The position numbers and the translations under genes are program-made. Of a stretch of 64,000 bases of DNA, positions 58,548 to 64,000 are shown one piece after another. Source of the stretch: Planctomycetota bacterium (GTDB lineage: Bacteria; Planctomycetota; B15-G4). Numbering within the stretch: the first letter of the stretch is position 1; every line of letters starts with the position of its first letter. The DNA is taken from assembly GCA_965248575.1 (NCBI GenBank), contig CBDFJQ010000002.1:3712001-3776000 (forward strand). The letters are read 5' to 3'. Under the pieces are notes generated by a model. It had not been told where the DNA came from, did no database searches, and was given only the letters and a program-made list of their open reading frames with translations.

Positions 58548-60170
58548 TCAACGACGGCTGCGCTTGCTGCGCTTCTTGCTCTTGCTGCTCGACAGCGCGT
58601 CGGCGGCTTGCTGGGCAGGGTCCAAGGCAAGGCCTTCCCAGAAGGCGGTCATCACGGACTCCACATCACGGTCGCGCCGCGGGTAACGCTTGCTGGACGA
58701 CAGCGCGGCTCCCAAGGCGTTGTCGAGGCGAGTCGAGATGGCTTCCCACTGCGCCATCTGCTGCACGAACTCGATCTCCATGAACGCCTGGAAGAGGACG
58801 AGGCGTGCGGTGTTGTTGTAGCGCTGGCGTGACAGCCAGAGGGATTGCTCGCGGTGGTCGTTGAGGGTTAGCGCTTCCTGCGCGTCGTGCGACTCCAGCA
58901 GCTGGATGAGGTCCGTGCGGCCCACTTCTTCCAGCAGGACGCGGCTGTCGAGGGCCTCGAGACGATCCAGCTCGGGGACGCCGCCGAGGGCCTGGGCGAA
59001 GAGGGCCGGCAGCGGATCGCTGTCGGGCATGCCGTCGCGGGGCGTCGTGACTTCCCGATCCAGGAGAGAGGTGAAGCTGCCGCTCTGCTTGGGCCCGAGG
59101 GTCAGCAGCAGGTGCGCCAGGCAACGGCCGGCAGCACGGTCACGCGGGAGGAAGCTCTCGGACTCCGCTGCGCGAGCGAAGCTGGCGGGGGCGTCGGTCT
59201 TGAGGTCCGTCACCAGCTCGCCCCAGTGGCGTTGCTTGCTGGCGTCGAAGCCCAGCCAGGGGTCACCGGACTTGGAGACCGTGACGGCCAGATTGGCCGG
59301 GGGGCCCATGACGGGCGGCGGCGGCTTGTGCCCTTGGGGGACGAAGCCAGACCAGCCAGCGCGGTACCAGCCCGGCGTCTGGCGCGACCAGCTCTCCTGG
59401 CCTACGTACGCCTGGCCATAGGCGGCGATGTCCAGCTCGTCGATGAGCCCATTGGCGAGCCAAGGCGGAACCATGCCCCAGGAGCCCCGACGCAGGGCGC
59501 GGTTGGCGACGAAGCCCAAGCTGTAGTAGCCGATGCCGTGCTCGACCCAGGCGGCGGGCCGGTCGGCGATGGTGGGGTGCGCGATGTTGAACAGCTGCAC
59601 GTCCCAGGTGCGTACCACTTCGGCCTTTCGGTTGGCGGGGGTGTCCACCTCGTTGGCGGGCATCCATTCGGAGTAGCCGAGGCGCTCGCAGTAGTCCAGG
59701 AGGGAGACGAGCTCCGCGAACCCCTGCTGCCCGTCACCTGACTCGGTCAGGACGATGGGCAGGCGCGCATCGGAGATGAGTCCGACGGCCAGGTCATCAC
59801 CCTGGTTGGTGTCGTGCCCGGGCCAGAGCTTCTGGACGAGTTCGGCGGCTGGTGTGAGCGTCTCCTTCACATCCTTCAGCAGGCGCTTGGCGCTCTTTGA
59901 CTTCGCGAGCTCGTCCTGCAGAAGCACATGGATGTCGAAGGGGCCGACGCTGTCGCTCAGGAAGAGGTCGCTCTGGAGGACCCTTTGGAAGACCTCCTGG
60001 CCCGTGCTGCGCGGCCCGATGTCGAGGCTCTGCTCGAGGGCGCGTTGCACCAGTCGGGCTGCAGCTTCGGGCATGGAGTCCGGGCGCTGAGGATTCGCCG
60101 CACTGGCTGGTGAGCACAGCGCGAGGACGGCTCCGAGGAGGCATGCGGTAGCAAGAAGCTGATGAGGCAT
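58548..60170 (-). CDS. secreted hypothetical protein (possible degenerate gluzincin-like fold)
   Basis: GGAG RBS, signal peptide ending ASA-A, PPWLANGL motif, basic tail KSKKRSKRSRR. Confidence 0.7.
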   Translation of the reverse strand: MPHQLLATACLLGAVLALCSPASAANPQRPDSMPEAAARLVQRALEQSLDIGPRSTGQEVFQRVLQSDLFLSDSVGPFDIHVLLQDELAKSKSAKRLLKDVKETLTPAAELVQKLWPGHDTNQGDDLAVGLISDARLPIVLTESGDGQQGFAELVSLLDYCERLGYSEWMPANEVDTPANRKAEVVRTWDVQLFNIAHPTIADRPAAWVEHGIGYYSLGFVANRALRRGSWGMVPPWLANGLIDELDIAAYGQAYVGQESWSRQTPGWYRAGWSGFVPQGHKPPPPVMGPPANLAVTVSKSGDPWLGFDASKQRHWGELVTDLKTDAPASFARAAESESFLPRDRAAGRCLAHLLLTLGPKQSGSFTSLLDREVTTPRDGMPDSDPLPALFAQALGGVPELDRLEALDSRVLLEEVGRTDLIQLLESHDAQEALTLNDHREQSLWLSRQRYNNTARLVLFQAFMEIEFVQQMAQWEAISTRLDNALGAALSSSKRYPRRDRDVESVMTAFWEGLALDPAQQAADALSSSKSKKRSKRSRR

Positions 60171-60281
60171 ATTCGTGTCTCCGGAGCCCTCTGATTGGGG
60201 CTCGCAACAACCCATGCGTGTTTCATGAGAAGCGCAGGACACAAAGAAGCGGGAAAATCCCGAAATGCCAAGAAAGCGGCC

Positions 60282-62447
60282 CTAGTGGCCGTCGTAGCGC
60301 TCGAACCAGGCCAGGATGTGCGCCACCTTGGCCATCAAGCGGCTCGGCCGATCCGCGATGCTGTGGCCTGAGCCGGGGATGCGCACGAGGGCCGTATCGA
60401 TCCCCCGCAGCTTGAGGGCCTGGTAGTACTGCTCGGATTCACCGATGGGGGTGCGGTAGTCCGCCTCGCCCGTCAGCAGCATGGTGGGCGTGCGCACGTT
60501 TCCCACGAGACTCAAGGGCGAACGCTTCCAGTAGTGCTCATGGTCTTCCCAGGGCATGGCGGGGAACCAGTACTTGGTGAAGTACGGGTACTCGTCCGCC
60601 GTCAGTGAGAAGCTCGTCCAGTTGATCACTGGCTTGGCCACGACCGCCGCCCGGAAGCGATCGGTCTTGCCGACGATCCATGCGGTGAGCACGCCACCGC
60701 CGCTGCCGCCGGTGACGAACAGGCGGTCCGTGTCGATGGAGCCGCCCGCGATGACCGCATCGACGCAACTGATGAGGTCTTCGTAGTCGTGGCTGGGGTA
60801 GGCGTGGTGGATCAGGTTGCCGAAGCGTTCGCCGTAGCTCGAGCTGCCTCGCGGGTTTGCGTAGACGACCACGTACCCAGCGGCGGCGAACAACTGGCAC
60901 TCCATGCTGAAGCGGCGGCCGTAGTTGGCGACCGGGCCACCATGAATCTCGAGCAGCAATGGGTAGCTCTTGCTCGGGTCGAAATCCGGCGGCCGCACGA
61001 TCCAGCCCTGCAGGGCTTCGCCATCGTGAGCGGACTCCGTCCAGAACTCCTCCACCTCGCTGGGAGTGCGGAAGGAGTAGAGGTCTTCGTTGAGGTGTGT
61101 GAGGCGCACATGCCGGGTCTCACCGCGACCGCCGATGGCAAGGTCGGAAGGATGGCTGGGTGAAGTGTGCGTGAACGCATAGCGCCCCGCGTCGGACACC
61201 GTGAACGAGGCGCCGTCATAGGGCCTGCCCAGGGAGAGTCCGCCGAGGTGGTCGTCCAGGGTCGTGAGCTGGGCCTGCACGTTGACGAAGGCGAGGCGCG
61301 TGTCGCCGTGGTGGTCGTACATGAAGTAGAGGCCGCTGCCATCCGCAGCCCAGGCGGGCGACTGCACGTCGCGGTCGAGGCGCGTGGTGAGGGGGCGCTT
61401 GCCGGAGCCGTCGCGATTCATGAGGTACAGCTGCTGCACCTGATAGGTCTCGTGCCGGTCGTCGAAACCCGTGTAGGCGATGTATTCACCGTCGGGCGAG
61501 ACGGCCGGGTTGTCGTCCGGGCCATAGCGCTCCGTGAGTGCGCGCAGGCTTCCGTCAGCCAGGGTGATCTCCCAGATCTCGCTGTCGAGGGGCTCCAGCT
61601 CGTGGTCATCACGTCGGTTGGCCGAGACGATCAGGTGCTCGCCGCTGGGCGTCCAGGCCAAGGGGCCGTTGGTGTTGAAGGCATCGTGGGTGAGCTGGCG
61701 GGCCGTGCCCCCGTCGCTAGGCAGCACGAAGACCTGGGTGTGTCCTTGTTCCACAAGGCCAGCGCCATCGGCCCGGTAGTTCACGTTCTCGATTACCACA
61801 GGCGGCGCGGCCCACTGCGCGCCCTCAGGTGCTTCGGGCAGGTCGACGAAGGACTCGGGCGCTTCCGGCACGAACATGGTGAAGGCCAACATGCGGCCGT
61901 CAGGAGACCACGTCAGGTTCCTTGGCTGACGAGGCAACTGGGTCAGGCGCGTGCTCACACCGGTGTCCATCCAGCGCATGTGGATCTGGATCGTCCCGTT
62001 TGCGGTGGAGACGAAGGCCAACTTGCTGCCGTCGGGAGACCAGCGCGGGCTGGCCTCGGACACCTCGCCTTGCGTGAGTGGGCGCGGCTCTGTGAAGCCG
62101 ACAGCTCTCTCCTGGTCGCAGTCGTGGATCTCGTCCGCGCTGGCATCCAGCGCGTCAGTGTTCATGATCCAAAGGCGCGAGGTGCTCTGGTCGTCGAGCA
62201 CGTCGAATCCGCTGCGCACGAAGATCACCTGCTTGCCGTCGGGGGAGATGCGCGGGTCCTGCACGTGTTCCAGCTCGAACACGTCCATGAGCTGGAGGGT
62301 GTGGGGCGCGGCGTCGGCCGCGACTCCCTCAGGGTCAGGCACCGGCACAGGTTCAGGGGCGTGCTGGGCGCTCGCAGCTGGTGAGGCGAGAAGCGTGCAG
62401 GAGAAGCAGACAGCCAGACAGAAACGGCTCGGGGAGAGAGCAGGCAT
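60282..62447 (-). CDS. S9-family peptidase (dipeptidyl aminopeptidase / acylaminoacyl peptidase)
   Basis: Signal peptide, PD40-like repeats (P.WSPDG), IHGGP, NPRGSSSYG, GGSGGG nucleophile, GEADYRTP (Asp), GHSI (His). Confidence 0.95.
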   Translation of the reverse strand: MPALSPSRFCLAVCFSCTLLASPAASAQHAPEPVPVPDPEGVAADAAPHTLQLMDVFELEHVQDPRISPDGKQVIFVRSGFDVLDDQSTSRLWIMNTDALDASADEIHDCDQERAVGFTEPRPLTQGEVSEASPRWSPDGSKLAFVSTANGTIQIHMRWMDTGVSTRLTQLPRQPRNLTWSPDGRMLAFTMFVPEAPESFVDLPEAPEGAQWAAPPVVIENVNYRADGAGLVEQGHTQVFVLPSDGGTARQLTHDAFNTNGPLAWTPSGEHLIVSANRRDDHELEPLDSEIWEITLADGSLRALTERYGPDDNPAVSPDGEYIAYTGFDDRHETYQVQQLYLMNRDGSGKRPLTTRLDRDVQSPAWAADGSGLYFMYDHHGDTRLAFVNVQAQLTTLDDHLGGLSLGRPYDGASFTVSDAGRYAFTHTSPSHPSDLAIGGRGETRHVRLTHLNEDLYSFRTPSEVEEFWTESAHDGEALQGWIVRPPDFDPSKSYPLLLEIHGGPVANYGRRFSMECQLFAAAGYVVVYANPRGSSSYGERFGNLIHHAYPSHDYEDLISCVDAVIAGGSIDTDRLFVTGGSGGGVLTAWIVGKTDRFRAAVVAKPVINWTSFSLTADEYPYFTKYWFPAMPWEDHEHYWKRSPLSLVGNVRTPTMLLTGEADYRTPIGESEQYYQALKLRGIDTALVRIPGSGHSIADRPSRLMAKVAHILAWFERYDGH

Positions 62448-62590
62448 CGAGATCGGGCTCCGGGCAGAAGGGAGGGGAATCATACGGACCCTGCTGCGGC
62501 CCGGCCGCATCTTGTCCAGATGTGACGACTCGGCTGTGTTTCGGCATCATGCAGCGCTTCCAACCGTCCGCCCTTCCAGCAGGAAGACCC

Positions 62591-63589
62591 GTGTCCGCCA
62601 ACTCCTTCGGTGAACTCTTCTGCATCACCAGCTTCGGGGAGTCCCACGGACCGAGCCTGGGCGTCGTCATCGACGGCTGTCCCGCGGGCATTCCACTTGC
62701 CGAAGCGGATTTCCTACCGGAGCTGGCGCGGCGGCGACCGGGTCAGAGCCCTCTGTCCACTGCGCGGCAGGAATCCGATGCGCCTTCGATCCAGTCCGGC
62801 GTGTTCCGTGGCCTGACCACGGGGATGCCCATCGCCGTGCTGGTGCAGAACGAAGGGCAGCGCTCTGCCGACTACGACGCGTTGGAACACGCACCTCGGG
62901 TGGGCCATGCAGACGAGACCTACGCCGGCAAGTATGGGCATCGGGACCACCGCGGCGGCGGGCGTTCGTCAGGGCGTGAGACCGTCTCTCGGGTCATCGC
63001 CGGTGTCGTGGCGCGCAAGGTCTTGCCGGAGGGCGTGGACATCGTGGGCCACGCCGTGCGCATCGGTGCCTTGGAGGCGAAGGCCTTCAATCGGAGCGCC
63101 ATCGAAAGCAACGCCGTGCGTTGTGCCGACTCTGCGATCGCTGCCGAGATGGAGGGCTACATCCTGCAGCTCAAGGCTGAGGGCAACTCGGTGGGCGGCT
63201 TGGTGGAGATTCGTGTCGCGAACCCGCCGCCCTATCTGGGCGAGCCCGTCTTCAACAAGCTCAAGGCGCAGTTGGCCCAGGCCGTCATGAGCGTGGGAGC
63301 CGTGACGGGCTTCGCCTTTGGCGCCGGCTTCGACACCGCGAGCATGACGGGGCAGGAGTACATCTCGGACCGCAAGCACTTCGGCGGTCTGCTGGGCGGC
63401 CTGTCCACGGGCGAGGAATTGCGCTTGTTGGTCAGCATCAAACCCACGTCGTCCATCGCGGACGTCGCGCGCAAGGGGCGACACGATCCGTGCATCGTGC
63501 CGCGCGTCATTCCAGTGCTCGAAGCCATGGTGGCGGTCGTCTTGGCCGATGCTTGGCTCGTGCATCGTGCCCGTCGGCCCGGCGATTGA
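62591..63589 (+). CDS. aroC: chorismate synthase
   Basis: NSFG, FGESHG, IDGCP, RRPGQS, GHAD, GGGRSSGRET, KPTSSI, GRHDPC; GTG start after AGGAAG. Confidence 0.96.
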   Translation: MSANSFGELFCITSFGESHGPSLGVVIDGCPAGIPLAEADFLPELARRRPGQSPLSTARQESDAPSIQSGVFRGLTTGMPIAVLVQNEGQRSADYDALEHAPRVGHADETYAGKYGHRDHRGGGRSSGRETVSRVIAGVVARKVLPEGVDIVGHAVRIGALEAKAFNRSAIESNAVRCADSAIAAEMEGYILQLKAEGNSVGGLVEIRVANPPPYLGEPVFNKLKAQLAQAVMSVGAVTGFAFGAGFDTASMTGQEYISDRKHFGGLLGGLSTGEELRLLVSIKPTSSIADVARKGRHDPCIVPRVIPVLEAMVAVVLADAWLVHRARRPGD

Positions 63590-63626
63590 AGACGTCGGCC
63601 AGCTGAACGGGCGGGCGTAGGAGTGG

Positions 63627-64000
63627 ATGCCGATGGGCTTGCTCGAGAGATCTTGGAGTGTGCTGAAACAGCTTGGGGCGCTGGGGCCTCTCGCGGTCTT
63701 CATGGTGGTCGGCCCCGGGTTCGGCGCTGTGTTGCTCAGTGCCACGGGACCTCAGTGGTTTGACCCGCTTGCAGGGCTGCAGCCCGTGTGGACAGTCGCG
63801 TGTTTCTTGGCGGCCAGCGCACTGCTCGCGGGCTTGTCATTGATACCGACGCACGCCGTCTCGCTGGTGGCGGGCCTGTTGTTCGGCGTGGGTTACGGAA
63901 CCGCAGGCGCATTGCTGGCCATTGGCGGGGCAGCGATCTTCGGCTACCTGGTGTTGCGAAGTCTGGTGGGGGGGCGCGCCCTGCGAACGCTCGAGGAAGC
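63627..64000 (+). CDS. TVP38/TMEM64 (VTT/DedA-like) membrane protein, 3' truncated by window edge
   Basis: Translated by hand: ...LLAGLSLIPTHAVSLVAGLLFGVGYG..GAAIFGY..; AGGAG RBS; no stop before the window end, so it is missing from the ORF track. Confidence 0.75.
   Translation, partial: MPMGLLERSWSVLKQLGALGPLAVFMVVGPGFGAVLLSATGPQWFDPLAGLQPVWTVACFLAASALLAGLSLIPTHAVSLVAGLLFGVGYGTAGALLAIGGAAIFGYLVLRSLVGGRALRTLEE

Overview
High-GC bacterial chromosomal segment with about 47 protein-coding genes and no recognisable rRNA, tRNA, CRISPR array, transposase or phage genes. The gene content (sulfatases, FG-GAP proteins, many ECF sigma factors, exported CHAT proteases) suggests an uncultured Planctomycetota-like organism, but that is inference only. 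Housekeeping or ordinary genes are hrpA, aroC, an MscS channel, an OPT transporter, an S9 peptidase, an MBL hydrolase, two sulfatases and an MBOAT/SGNH pair. Main points of interest: (1) a TlpA-like thioredoxin-fold gene that the ORF track splits at an in-frame UGA; the UGA sits at the first Cys of CxxC (U-S-G-C) and is followed by a SECIS-like hairpin, so it is a probable selenoprotein; (2) two independent CRISPR-free modules of ECF sigma + anti-sigma + apparently exported CHAT (caspase-like) protease, each next to secreted FG-GAP proteins and a second protease; (3) a BlaI/BlaR1 pair whose sensor has two CxxCH motifs and a LysM domain instead of a penicillin-binding domain; (4) a multicopper oxidase fused to a GDPH-containing VWD domain, an Ig-like domain and a C-terminal membrane anchor; (5) a lodA/lodB CTQ-oxidase operon with Gly at a normally conserved Cys; (6) a regulatory cluster with an HTH-methyltransferase fusion, a histone-H1-like protein and atypical sigma-like genes. 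Start codons were picked by eye and family calls come from motif recognition, not database searches.
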